This document shows positions 10,756 to 19,951 of a DNA stretch of 62,504 nt, in pieces (position 1 is the first letter of the stretch; every line of letters begins with the position of its first letter). A program made the translations under genes and the position numbers. Location: IMG/VR virus record IMGVR_UViG_3300032320_000789, positions 1 through 62,504 of that record; one strand, given 5' to 3'. Below the pieces are notes generated by a model that was given only the letters and a program-made list of their open reading frames with translations, was not told where the DNA came from and searched no databases. This DNA comes from a virus (lineage: Duplodnaviria; Caudoviricetes).

Positions 10756-11034
10756 ATGTATTATGGAAAAGCAGTTGATGGAAAATTTTTAGGGCGAGTA
10801 AATGTAGCCGACGAAGCACCAGGCGTACATTTTCCAAGTGCGCCTACCCCCGAAGAGTTAGCGCCTTACAATATAGTAATCGTTTATGATCCTATTTCAG
10901 TTCCTGAATATGATCCTACAACGCAAACTTTATCTGAAATTTATCCTATATTAGGCGAAGATGGTCGTTGGTATGCCAACTACGAAGTTGTTACACTACC
11001 ACCATCCCCACCTCCTCCTGGCGTACCTACGTAA
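10756..11034 (+). CDS. Small tail-fibre-associated protein (putative)
   Basis: AAGGA RBS; PEYDPTTQTLSE...W...V pattern typical of small genes next to tail fibre genes. Confidence 0.5.
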   Translation: MYYGKAVDGKFLGRVNVADEAPGVHFPSAPTPEELAPYNIVIVYDPISVPEYDPTTQTLSEIYPILGEDGRWYANYEVVTLPPSPPPPGVPT

Positions 11035-11056
11035 TAAATTAACTCAAAGGAAAACA

Positions 11057-11899
11057 ATGTCACAACGTATATTAATTATGGGCTTACCTGGTGCTGGAAA
11101 AACAACATTAGCAGGCGCTCTTAAACAGTATCTGGAAAAACACGGTACCCGTAGAGATTGGTCTTCGGCGGAAATGTTGCCTGTTAGCGGATTCAATGCC
11201 ACTGTAAATTGGTTTAACGCAGATGATATTCGTCGCAAGTATAACGACTGGGACTTTTCTAACGATGGCCGCATTCGTCAAAGTATTCGTATGTTCCAAT
11301 TTAGTATGGAGTCGGGCGGTGATTATGTGATTTGTGACTTTGTTGCTCCTTTAGTTGAAATGCGTAATAATTTTAAAGCAGATTGGACTATTTGGGTAGA
11401 TACTATCCGCGAAGGCCGGTATGCCGATACCAATGCGGCCTTTGTTGAACCTGAAGTGTATGACTTTAGAGTAACAGAACAAAACTCAGAAAAATGGGCA
11501 GAGTTTATCGGTCAACACATTATTGATAACCGACGCCGTCCTGTTTTTGACTGGAAAAAAGAAACGGTGCAGATGTTAGGCCGCTGGCAACCGTGGCATG
11601 ATGGGCATCGCGCACTATTTGAAAGATTAATTGCCCGCACCGGTCAAGTAGTTATCCAGATACGCGATGTACAAGGGTGGCAGGGTAGTAATCCGTTTGA
11701 AGTAGAAAAAGTCAAAGCATTTATTCGTCGAGATTTAGATCCTATCTATCAAGGACAATATGAAATACAAGTAGTTCCTAATATTGTACACATTGGGTGG
11801 GGTCGTGGAGTAGGCTATACATCCGGGGAAGAAACATTTGATGAAAGCATTACAGACATCAGTGCTACAAAGATTCGTCGAGAGTTAGGCCTTAAATAG
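11057..11899 (+). CDS. APS-kinase-like P-loop domain fused to an HxGH cytidylyl/adenylyltransferase-like domain
   Basis: Start reassigned to ATG 11057 (AAGGA RBS); GLPGAGKTT, NADDIR, DFVAP, FVEP; GRWQPWHDGH, ISATKIR. Confidence 0.8.
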   Translation: MSQRILIMGLPGAGKTTLAGALKQYLEKHGTRRDWSSAEMLPVSGFNATVNWFNADDIRRKYNDWDFSNDGRIRQSIRMFQFSMESGGDYVICDFVAPLVEMRNNFKADWTIWVDTIREGRYADTNAAFVEPEVYDFRVTEQNSEKWAEFIGQHIIDNRRRPVFDWKKETVQMLGRWQPWHDGHRALFERLIARTGQVVIQIRDVQGWQGSNPFEVEKVKAFIRRDLDPIYQGQYEIQVVPNIVHIGWGRGVGYTSGEETFDESITDISATKIRRELGLK

Positions 11900-12126
11900 T
11901 GCCTAAATTCCATATTAGATTTAATACTAAACACGGTGGCAACACTGCATTAGTATGGCGTATATTTGAGGATGGAGTGGAACACTTGGCGTCAGATGTA
12001 AAAATCTTCAGCCCATTGTACACAGAAACAACTACTGAGTACGGAGAAACTAAATGGAATGTAGCTTGCGATGGCCGGATTGTATGGGATGGCACAGTTG
12101 CTATAATAACTGATAATAAAGACTAA
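11899..12126 (+). CDS. Hypothetical phage protein
   Basis: 75-aa ORF coupled to the upstream stop. Confidence 0.6.
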   Translation: MPKFHIRFNTKHGGNTALVWRIFEDGVEHLASDVKIFSPLYTETTTEYGETKWNVACDGRIVWDGTVAIITDNKD

Positions 12127-12164
12127 ACTAATTAACTAGGTATATAATTAACTAAGTAAATTTA

Positions 12165-12194
12165 ACTCCTGACTTAATGGAGTATAAAATTAAG
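12165..12194 (+). other. Predicted H-type RNA pseudoknot in an intergenic region
   Basis: S1 ACTCC(12165-69)/GGAGT(12179-83); S2 CTTAAT(12173-78)/ATTAAG(12189-94). Confidence 0.4.
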
Positions 12195-12230
12195 CTGGTG
12201 GGTCGGTATCCTGGCGTAACAAAAACAATT

Positions 12231-12252
12231 AAGCACTTTTATGTGCTTTTTT
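12231..12252 (+). terminator. Rho-independent terminator
   Basis: AAGCAC-TTTTAT-GTGCTT followed by a T-run. Confidence 0.6.
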
Positions 12253-12270
12253 GTTGACTGTAATATTTTG

Positions 12271-12277
12271 CTAAATA
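12271..12277 (+). promoter_or_regulatory. Late-type promoter CTAAATA
   Basis: T4 late-promoter-like motif recurring before structural genes. Confidence 0.55.
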
Positions 12278-12302
12278 TACTATAAATCTATAGGATAACA
12301 AA

Positions 12303-13241
12303 ATGGGATTAGAAATTTCTGGAGTGACTTTTTCTGGCGGTACTAATATAGCATTTGATCCACCACCAATTACTGTACAATATCTAGTAGTAGCTGGCGG
12401 TGGTGGTGGAGGAACATCAGCCCCAGCACCCGGAGCAGGTGGTGGCGGTGGTGGTGCCGGTGGTGTTTTACAAGGATCGACATCTATGACTGCTGGTGTA
12501 AGTTATACTATTAATGTAGGCGGCGGCGGCAGCGGAGCCACAGTAGAAGGTACCCTTGGTCAAAGTGGAAAAAATAGTAATATTGCTGGAGCAGGATTTA
12601 GCACTCTTGATGCTGTTGGCGGCGGCGGCGGCGCTCCCTCAATAAATGGCAATGCTACCCAACTATCCGGAGGAACAGGCGGATCTGGTGGCGGTTCTAA
12701 TAATGCTAATGGTGCCACAGGTGGATTAGCTACAGGAAGTCCTGGAGTTAACATAGCAGGAACTCAAGGCTATCCTGGCGGAAGTCCAATTGGTGGATCA
12801 AACGGTAGCCCAGGCGGTGGTGGTGCCGGTGGTTCTGGGGCTAGTGTAAATGGTTGTCCTGGCGGAAACGGTGGTAACGGATATACATGGCCGTTTACAG
12901 GAGCAACTTATGGTGGTGGCGGTGGTGGTGGTGCTCAGGGTGGTCCCAAAGGTTTTGGCGGCCCTGGCGGCGGCGGAAATGGTGGCAGTTTCGTTCCTGC
13001 GCAGACCGCAACTTCGGGTACTAATGGTCTTGGCGGCGGTGGTGGTGGTGGGTCATATCCCGCAGGTACAGCCGGTGCCGGTGGGTCTGGTACAGTTATA
13101 TTAGCCGTGCCGACACCAAGTTATCCAGGTTCAGCTCCGGGTGCGACAGTAACAACTCCTCCTTCGGCTCCGGGCCGTACAGTATTAACTTATACAGCAG
13201 CAAGTCCATTAACTCCAAGTACATTTACATACACAGCATAG
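12303..13241 (+). CDS. Glycine-rich virion/tail-fibre-like protein (paralog of 53645..54817)
   Basis: VQYLVVAGGGGG...GGGGAGG; C-terminus GTVILAVPT..YPGSAPGATVTTPP..APG.TVLTYT. Confidence 0.75.
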   Translation: MGLEISGVTFSGGTNIAFDPPPITVQYLVVAGGGGGGTSAPAPGAGGGGGGAGGVLQGSTSMTAGVSYTINVGGGGSGATVEGTLGQSGKNSNIAGAGFSTLDAVGGGGGAPSINGNATQLSGGTGGSGGGSNNANGATGGLATGSPGVNIAGTQGYPGGSPIGGSNGSPGGGGAGGSGASVNGCPGGNGGNGYTWPFTGATYGGGGGGGAQGGPKGFGGPGGGGNGGSFVPAQTATSGTNGLGGGGGGGSYPAGTAGAGGSGTVILAVPTPSYPGSAPGATVTTPPSAPGRTVLTYTAASPLTPSTFTYTA

Positions 13242-13242
13242 T

Positions 13243-13905
13243 ATGGAAGCTAGATACAGAAAAGATTACCCGGGCGAATTTGTCATAAGTGAAACCAAGT
13301 GGGCCGGCGGAAAAAAACAAGAAACTCGCGTGTGGATTGACAATCCAGTTGTAAATCAACACTTGTCCGGCAGAGCCGCGGTTATAGGCAGTTCCGAAAG
13401 CAAAGATAGATTTGACTATACATTATTACAAGATCACCGAGGCGGTTTGCTAGGATCATTGGTATTACAAACTTATGGTGTCTCTGCTATTGCTAATGAA
13501 ATGAGATTAGATTTTACTGTGGATACCGATTTAAATAATCTAATACCACTTATTGAAAACAATTATACAAAAAATAATATTGTTTATACTAACAGTAAAA
13601 ATTGTGTTAAACGACCAGGCGAGTTTTATCTTATTCCTTATAATCCTTTGTTGTGTACCACTGTGCTTCCTATCTATCTTGCGGCATTCGATGGCCATAA
13701 AGAAATATTCATGATAGGATACGACAAGGAAACCAATGCCGGACAAAGTAATTGGATTTATCAAGTAACTAAAATAATCAAGGCTTATTCTGGAACTAAA
13801 TTTATAATGATAGGCAATGAATTAAATATGCCCGGCGAATGGTTAAGTTGTCCGAATACTAAATGTTTAACATTTAGAGATTTTGTTACTTATTGTGATG
13901 TTTGA
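13243..13905 (+). CDS. Hypothetical protein, MAF/DUF115-like (possible sugar transferase)
   Basis: AAVIGSSES and YLAAFDGHKEIFMIGYD resemble MAF-type motifs. Confidence 0.5.
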   Translation: MEARYRKDYPGEFVISETKWAGGKKQETRVWIDNPVVNQHLSGRAAVIGSSESKDRFDYTLLQDHRGGLLGSLVLQTYGVSAIANEMRLDFTVDTDLNNLIPLIENNYTKNNIVYTNSKNCVKRPGEFYLIPYNPLLCTTVLPIYLAAFDGHKEIFMIGYDKETNAGQSNWIYQVTKIIKAYSGTKFIMIGNELNMPGEWLSCPNTKCLTFRDFVTYCDV

Positions 13906-14339
13906 AGTTGTTTTTGTATAACAGAAATTTTACTTTTTACAGCTTCAAAATTTATAGTAGACCATAAACCTGGATGCAATGGCTTAGGCCAAGTTCCTGA
14001 ATCAATCCAAGCGTATCCCGAATGTTCATCATTTAATTGTGGACTAAATTCGTTAGCTACTACACAAAAAAATGTATTATAGGCAAACCCACCATCAGCA
14101 CTTGTAAATTTTTCCAAGGGCATAAGTTTAATATAGTTGGGCATACTGCCAATTTCTTCTTCACATTCGCGAACCATGGCCGCCATAATGCTCTCGCCCG
14201 ATTCTATTTTTCCCCCAGGTAATCCCCACGAATCTGGATGTTTTGGATCATTACGAACTAGATACAAATATCGATTTGTTGATTGCGAATAGAACCAAAT
14301 GCCAACCGCATTAACTACTTTTAGATTATTAGCGACCAT
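13890..14339 (-). CDS. NUDIX hydrolase
   Basis: Nudix box GGKIESGESIMAAMVRECEEEIG. Confidence 0.9.
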   Translation of the reverse strand: MVANNLKVVNAVGIWFYSQSTNRYLYLVRNDPKHPDSWGLPGGKIESGESIMAAMVRECEEEIGSMPNYIKLMPLEKFTSADGGFAYNTFFCVVANEFSPQLNDEHSGYAWIDSGTWPKPLHPGLWSTINFEAVKSKISVIQKQLQTSQ

Positions 14340-15721
14340 TGGCCACCTGGATAAAGGCCTTGATATGATTTAATCCAGGTTTCTCCATTCCATTTATATT
14401 GTATCTCTGTTGTGATATTTGTAACATATTGTGTATTTACAGGACTCGACTGAGCACTAAAAGAAACTATCCACTGGTTTCCATCGTACTGAATAATATC
14501 GTTTCGATGTGCTATTAATATTTGACCGCTAGTACCAGCCCATGCTACAGCGTAACCGTTATCGCTGCCAGTATCATCAGTTAACAAATAGCGTTGACCT
14601 GTAGTTGCCTGGGGTAAACCTTGCCCAGGTCCACTTGCCAACGGATTAATAACAGAATTTATAGGGGGCAATGTGTTGGGCGGAATAGATTCTTCTATAA
14701 CAGTAAACAATAAAAATTGATCATTTGTCGGATCAAAAGCCACAGTACCAAATACTTGTGTGCTATCTTCCTGTGTAAGAGCAATCATACTAATGCCTGG
14801 TCGTAATGTTCCATACATATCGACTACCGGAGTCCAATTTAAATTACTTGGTTCTACTGGATTTGGTGGTGGCAATTCGTCATTCGTTTCGTCTACGACA
14901 GCTGATCGAGCTAAAATTTGTAATTTATTTCCAATTAATACAACTTGATAACCGTATGGAGTAATATACTGTCTAGTGCCCAATAACAGGTCATTGTTGC
15001 GAATAGCATTAACCATGTCTCCCTTGCCATCGTATATACTTGCGATAATAGTTTCTACCACACCAAGTTTTTTAACTTTGGCAGGTAATGATAACCACAC
15101 AGGCAAAGCAAATTTAATTGTAGAAATATCAATAGGATCTTCAGTGCCTTGCGGGACACTACGACTACTCCATCCAGTAGATACTAATTCTACAATACTT
15201 AAACTGGTCCAATCCATAAAATTATCTGAACTTTGTATTTCTAGACTTGGGTTGAACAATGGTAATATTTGTTCTAACAACTGCATTTTTTGATTGGTGT
15301 TGCTAGTCCAAATGTCTAAATTAATAGATAATTTATAAGGAGCAGGCATATAACGCTCAATCGTAAAAGCGTTACCTTGTGTAGTTTCATAAGTTCCTGT
15401 TGCTTGATCATACTCTCTCTGCCGAATACTTTTGTTATCAACATAAGTTGGATTTTGCATACGAGGACGGTCAAAATCTAGCGCGGTAACATAAAAAGTC
15501 ATCAGCGGAGTTGATGGCATATTACTAGCACTATTTTCTTGTAGTATAGTTTGTGCCTGTCTACTAGCATCTCCATAGCGTACAGGCACACGATATAATG
15601 TATCGCCAGTTCCTGCCGCACCTGCTTCGTTGCGTCCAAACTCTACTTGGAAGCCTGAAAACATACGAGCAAATTGAATTAGATAGCGTCTTAGCTGCTC
15701 ATCATAGAAGAATGTTTGCAT
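14321..15721 (-). CDS. Tail sheath stabiliser/terminator (T4 gp15-like) with C-terminal extension
   Basis: FFYDEQLRRY, VPVRYG, PAPYKLSINLDIWT, QLLEQILPLFNP. Confidence 0.75.
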   Translation of the reverse strand: MQTFFYDEQLRRYLIQFARMFSGFQVEFGRNEAGAAGTGDTLYRVPVRYGDASRQAQTILQENSASNMPSTPLMTFYVTALDFDRPRMQNPTYVDNKSIRQREYDQATGTYETTQGNAFTIERYMPAPYKLSINLDIWTSNTNQKMQLLEQILPLFNPSLEIQSSDNFMDWTSLSIVELVSTGWSSRSVPQGTEDPIDISTIKFALPVWLSLPAKVKKLGVVETIIASIYDGKGDMVNAIRNNDLLLGTRQYITPYGYQVVLIGNKLQILARSAVVDETNDELPPPNPVEPSNLNWTPVVDMYGTLRPGISMIALTQEDSTQVFGTVAFDPTNDQFLLFTVIEESIPPNTLPPINSVINPLASGPGQGLPQATTGQRYLLTDDTGSDNGYAVAWAGTSGQILIAHRNDIIQYDGNQWIVSFSAQSSPVNTQYVTNITTEIQYKWNGETWIKSYQGLYPGGQWSLII

Positions 15722-17073
15722 TATCGTCCTGGAGGTCTTGGGTTAGGAGGTTTATTACCCCCTTGATTACCATTATCAGCTTCTGGTTTTAGTAATTCAG
15801 ATAATGATTGTCTGCTTGGTATATTACCTTGGTCTGATGTAGATACTGTATATGGATTGTTAACAAAAGAACTACGCTGAGTTTTATTATCAAAGCCCCA
15901 ATCTAACTCAGTACGAACATCATCGGATATAGCTACCCACATCGCGCCGTTATAACGGAATAAACGATTTGGAAAATAATCTAGTCGCAAACAATAATCT
16001 CCTGTGGACGGGCCCATTGGAAAACTAACACCCGGAGTGACTGGTAATCCGTTTGGTGCCATCTTATCGCCAGTTAAGTACCCCATAGTGTATCCAAAAC
16101 TCTTGGGTGTCTCGCCTTCGCCTTGTTGAGTTCCATCTACTGTAATATTTGTATTGCCCGCCATTAATCCTTCACCGCTAGGTTGTCCCGATGGTGTAGT
16201 TGGCAATATATAAAAACTAACATTATCATAACCTGATAAAGGGACATCAGCATTTGCTTGTATAATTAAAGCATCATTAATGGCTAAATCTTTATTACGA
16301 GTACTATCGGCGTCACCTAATGTAGTTGGGTTTTCAATAAGTGCCCAATAGTTAGGATCAGTAATAGGAGTTCCGGGCGGGACATTAGCTTTAGCTTCAT
16401 AGTATTTTCCGCCATCATTGACGATATCGCCCCGAGGATAAAAATTACCGTTATCCCAAATATTATCGGGCATAAATGGCTGATCGATAATTTGTTTATA
16501 TTCTTGAGCATTAACCATTGGTGTGGCTTTAACTCGCCATAAGTGAGGCAACCAAGTTTGACTAAAACCTTCCGAAGCATAACTAGCGTCTTGAATTACA
16601 TAATATTTAGGTAATGCTCTAGTAATATTACTGTTCAATGGATTATAATCTTTTAGATTAGGTAGCTCGAGCACATCACCTGACATTAATTTACGGCCAA
16701 AAGTATCAATCATATCATTGTAGTGAAATGTGATATACAATGTATCGTTGTTTAAAAATAATCCAAATTGTGTTAAATCAAAATTAATATCGTTTTGCGT
16801 ATAAACGCCACGCATGATATAAATGTTAGGATCGTACGCACGATCTCTATTTTCTAACAATAGTAAATCTTCGATAAACAATGGATTTTCCGAAGTATAA
16901 ACCGGTAAAGTAGCATCCTTATTTCCAGGATTATCTGTAGTGTCTACAATTGGACCCATATATTTGTGGGCAAATATATCTAGTCCGCCCACAGTATAGC
17001 GTTCGGAAATCGTGCGATCCAAAAACTGATAATCTGAGGTTCTATTAGGTCTATAAAGTGACAATCGTGGCAT
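15721..17073 (-). CDS. Neck/head-closure protein (T4 gp14-like) with extra domains
   Basis: LTQFGLFL..D.LYITFH, GDVLELP, W.PHLWRVK; adjacent to the gp15-like gene. Confidence 0.65.
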   Translation of the reverse strand: MPRLSLYRPNRTSDYQFLDRTISERYTVGGLDIFAHKYMGPIVDTTDNPGNKDATLPVYTSENPLFIEDLLLLENRDRAYDPNIYIMRGVYTQNDINFDLTQFGLFLNNDTLYITFHYNDMIDTFGRKLMSGDVLELPNLKDYNPLNSNITRALPKYYVIQDASYASEGFSQTWLPHLWRVKATPMVNAQEYKQIIDQPFMPDNIWDNGNFYPRGDIVNDGGKYYEAKANVPPGTPITDPNYWALIENPTTLGDADSTRNKDLAINDALIIQANADVPLSGYDNVSFYILPTTPSGQPSGEGLMAGNTNITVDGTQQGEGETPKSFGYTMGYLTGDKMAPNGLPVTPGVSFPMGPSTGDYCLRLDYFPNRLFRYNGAMWVAISDDVRTELDWGFDNKTQRSSFVNNPYTVSTSDQGNIPSRQSLSELLKPEADNGNQGGNKPPNPRPPGR

Positions 17074-17079
17074 AACTAG

Positions 17080-17086
17080 TATTTAG
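17080..17086 (-). promoter_or_regulatory. Late-type promoter CTAAATA (minus strand)
   Basis: TATTTAG on +, 6 nt before the ATG at 17073. Confidence 0.55.
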
Positions 17087-17097
17087 TTCGCCAAAGG

Positions 17098-17126
17098 TTG
17101 ACTAATAATTCCAAATAACATATAAT
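17098..17126 (+). promoter_or_regulatory. sigma70-like promoter
   Basis: TTGACT-17-TATAAT, 7 nt before ATG 17134. Confidence 0.65.
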
Positions 17127-17133
17127 TACTGTT

Positions 17134-17385
17134 ATGGATGAGATTTTAGATAGGGTAAATCACGCAGAAAAGCAAATATCTGCTGTAAAAAGCAAGGTAG
17201 CATATCGTGATTTACGAAAAATGTTATCTAATATCGATCGAGTAATTACAGTCTTAAGTCAAGAATCTGTGGAGTGTCGTAGACTTAAAAAAGACACATC
17301 AAAGTTTATTGAATTGAAAAATGAAGTAAATCAGTTATTAGATAATTTGGAACAACATATCACTTTTGCGGCACTGATAGGTTGA
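17134..17385 (+). CDS. Hypothetical helical protein
   Basis: 83-aa ORF directly after a promoter. Confidence 0.6.
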   Translation: MDEILDRVNHAEKQISAVKSKVAYRDLRKMLSNIDRVITVLSQESVECRRLKKDTSKFIELKNEVNQLLDNLEQHITFAALIG

Positions 17386-17410
17386 CATTAACTAACTTAT
17401 ATATTAAACT
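17382..17410 (+). promoter_or_regulatory. sigma70-like promoter
   Basis: TTGACA-17-TAAACT. Confidence 0.55.
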
Positions 17411-17419
17411 ACTAAAACT

Positions 17420-18565
17420 ATGGCAAAACACGAAACTACAATTAAGCGATTAAACCCCAAAGGGGCTGAAACAAAATATGTTGGATTCGAACCAGAGTGG
17501 CGAATCCAACCAGACGAATCTAATCGGATTAGTTCGTTCGCTAATGCTTTTCAATGGTATAATTATCACTATGGCAAAAAAGATGCCAAGGATATGGTTG
17601 CCCAATATTTAGAAATTAATAATCGTAAAGCTGATGCCAAACTAATTCGCGGAATCTCCGACAGTCAAATTCGCTTAACACCAGGCTGGGTGTGTCGAAT
17701 GAGTGTAATGGGATTAATGCTTAACGAACATGAACAATGTATTTTGGATGAGCAAATTTCGTTGATGCTCAAATCTAAACAAGAAGTTAAAAAGGCGGCG
17801 GCCACCGAAGAAGAAACGGTACAAGTAAAACTTACTATCCAGGACCATCTTCGCGAAAAAGCATCCGAGTGTGCTGGCGAGCTCGAAGGAATGTTTGACG
17901 ATTTTATTGTAGCAGGCGCCAAAATGTCAGCAGATTTTAAACCTATTGCTCTAATCCGCGGTATGAATATAAGCCCACAAATGATTCCTAACATTACTCG
18001 TGTCTGGGATTTACGCTTACACGAACTTAATGAAGTATTAGAGGGCAGTGACGAACAATTGACAGAAGGTTATAGTCATTTATCAAAAGCACAATTAAAA
18101 CAATGTGTTAAATTTTGTGAAACTGTATTGTCAGATTGTGCGTCTTACATTAGTATCAAGAAAGTAGAACGCAAACCTCGTGCTAAAAAAGCAGTAAGTC
18201 CAGAAACACAAGCCCGTAAATTTAAGTATCTAAAAGAATTTACTGAGCTTAATCTTAAGTCTGAAAACCCAGCAAAACTTGTCAACGCAAGTGAAGCTTG
18301 GTTGTATGATACTGCAAAACGCAAACTAATACATGTAATGGCTGACACACACTTGGGCTCATTTACTATCAAAGGTTCTACTATTATTGCTTTTGATGCT
18401 ATGACAACTGTGCAGAAAACTTTACGCAAGCCAGCTGAACAAATTAAAGCAGTTATGTCGGGCGGAAAGCCAGCCATGCGTAAATCATTTGGGGATATTA
18501 AATCAACTGAAACTAAGTTTACAGGGCGTGGTAACGAGAATATAATCATTCTAAAAGCCTGGTAA
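17420..18565 (+). CDS. Hypothetical phage protein
   Basis: 381-aa ORF; C-terminal WLYDTAKRKL...KTLRKP...GRGNENIIILK pattern reminiscent of T4-like phage conserved proteins. Confidence 0.7.
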   Translation: MAKHETTIKRLNPKGAETKYVGFEPEWRIQPDESNRISSFANAFQWYNYHYGKKDAKDMVAQYLEINNRKADAKLIRGISDSQIRLTPGWVCRMSVMGLMLNEHEQCILDEQISLMLKSKQEVKKAAATEEETVQVKLTIQDHLREKASECAGELEGMFDDFIVAGAKMSADFKPIALIRGMNISPQMIPNITRVWDLRLHELNEVLEGSDEQLTEGYSHLSKAQLKQCVKFCETVLSDCASYISIKKVERKPRAKKAVSPETQARKFKYLKEFTELNLKSENPAKLVNASEAWLYDTAKRKLIHVMADTHLGSFTIKGSTIIAFDAMTTVQKTLRKPAEQIKAVMSGGKPAMRKSFGDIKSTETKFTGRGNENIIILKAW

Positions 18566-18595
18566 TAATGCTAAATATATGGACATGGAGTCCAT

Positions 18596-19366
18596 ATGGC
18601 ATTGCAATCTGAATCTACATTAGAAACATTAAAACAAAATTTAATTGAATATGTTCGGCTTCAGCTAGCCGACGAAATCATTGATATTGAGCTAGATGCT
18701 AGCCATTTTGAAGCAGCTTATAGGGCTACGATAGGGACATATCGTCAAAGAGCACAAAATGCCTATGAAGAATCTTATAGCTTTATGGAGCTCGTAACTA
18801 ATGTAAACATCTACGATTTACCCGAAGAAGTTATTCAAGTCCGTCAAATTTTCCGTAGAACTTTTGGCGACTCGACCGGCCCTTATGCTAGTAATTTTGA
18901 CCCTTTTTCCCAAGCAACATTAAATGTATATTTGATGAATTTTAATGTGGCGGGTGGACTTGCTACCTATGATTTCTACTCACAATATGTAGAACTTGCC
19001 GGCCGTATGTTTGGTGCTTACATGAACTATACTTGGAATCCAGTTACTAAAAAATTACAACTAATTCGCGACCCAAAAGGTGTGGGCGAAAATGTTTTAT
19101 TGTGGACATATAATTTAAAACCAGAAGTAAATTTACTTTCAGATTTCCAAATTCGTCAATGGATTCGCGAATATATGTACGGAAATTGTAAAGTAATTAT
19201 CGGCGAAGCTCGAGAAAAGTTTGGCACCATAGCCGGCCCACAAGGCGGCACAACCTTAAATGGTGCCGCTATGAAATCTGAAGGCATGGCAGTTATGGCA
19301 AAATGTATCGAAGATTTGAAAAATTATGTGGATGGTTCACAACCATTAACTTGGGTAATCGGTTAA
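18596..19366 (+). CDS. Neck protein / head-tail adaptor (T4 gp13-like)
   Basis: YVRLQL...IDIELD, GEAREKF..I.GPQGGTTLNG; CTAAATA at 18571 and GGAG RBS. Confidence 0.8.
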   Translation: MALQSESTLETLKQNLIEYVRLQLADEIIDIELDASHFEAAYRATIGTYRQRAQNAYEESYSFMELVTNVNIYDLPEEVIQVRQIFRRTFGDSTGPYASNFDPFSQATLNVYLMNFNVAGGLATYDFYSQYVELAGRMFGAYMNYTWNPVTKKLQLIRDPKGVGENVLLWTYNLKPEVNLLSDFQIRQWIREYMYGNCKVIIGEAREKFGTIAGPQGGTTLNGAAMKSEGMAVMAKCIEDLKNYVDGSQPLTWVIG

Positions 19367-19373
19367 AAATTAC

Positions 19374-19402
19374 TTGTAATTAGTTACAAATCATGCTATA
19401 CT
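19374..19402 (+). promoter_or_regulatory. sigma70-like promoter (extended -10)
   Basis: TTGTAA-17-TATACT with TG, 6 nt before ATG 19409. Confidence 0.6.
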
Positions 19403-19408
19403 TACAGT

Positions 19409-19933
19409 ATGGCACAACATATAATGATCGATATTGAGGGGTTAGCTACTACCCCAAATGCTACTATTCTAACAATAGCGGCACAATCTTTTGATCCATT
19501 TGGCCAAGGCTACGGCTCTAATAGTTTTTATGCTAAACTTACTTTAGAAAGCCAAGAAGGCCGTGCTATCACCGACGATACTATAAATTGGTGGGCCACC
19601 CAACCCGAAGCATCCGCTGAAGCATTTTCCGAAGAAGGTAGAATTCCACTGGGTGATGCCCTTGATGGCTTACATAAAATCACCTGGCACGCCGATTTTG
19701 TATGGGCCAACGGCCCAACTTACGACATGAATATTCTCGAAGATGCTTATAAATCTTTGGGCAGGGTTCAGCCTTGGCAATTCTACAAAGTGCGTGATGC
19801 CCGTACAGTATATTCGTTATGGCCAGACTGTCCCCGCCCACCCACATCACATCATGCCTTAGAGGATTGTCGTAGACAAATAGATATGTTACAGCAAACA
19901 TTAAAACATCTCGGCATCAAAGCAATAAAATAA
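19409..19933 (+). CDS. DEDDh 3'-5' exonuclease/exoribonuclease
   Basis: MIDIEGL, WANGPTYD, HHALEDC. Confidence 0.85.
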   Translation: MAQHIMIDIEGLATTPNATILTIAAQSFDPFGQGYGSNSFYAKLTLESQEGRAITDDTINWWATQPEASAEAFSEEGRIPLGDALDGLHKITWHADFVWANGPTYDMNILEDAYKSLGRVQPWQFYKVRDARTVYSLWPDCPRPPTSHHALEDCRRQIDMLQQTLKHLGIKAIK

Positions 19934-19951
19934 TTTCGAAAAGGACATAAA

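Noticed and set aside
10961-11056. N-terminal extension of the 312-aa ORF
   Set aside because: Overlaps the upstream gene; better RBS and domain start at 11057
12204-12220. CGGTATCCTGGCGTAAC resembles the SAM/SAH riboswitch core
   Set aside because: The 5' strand needed for the closing stem and the downstream pseudoknot partner are absent, so it is not called
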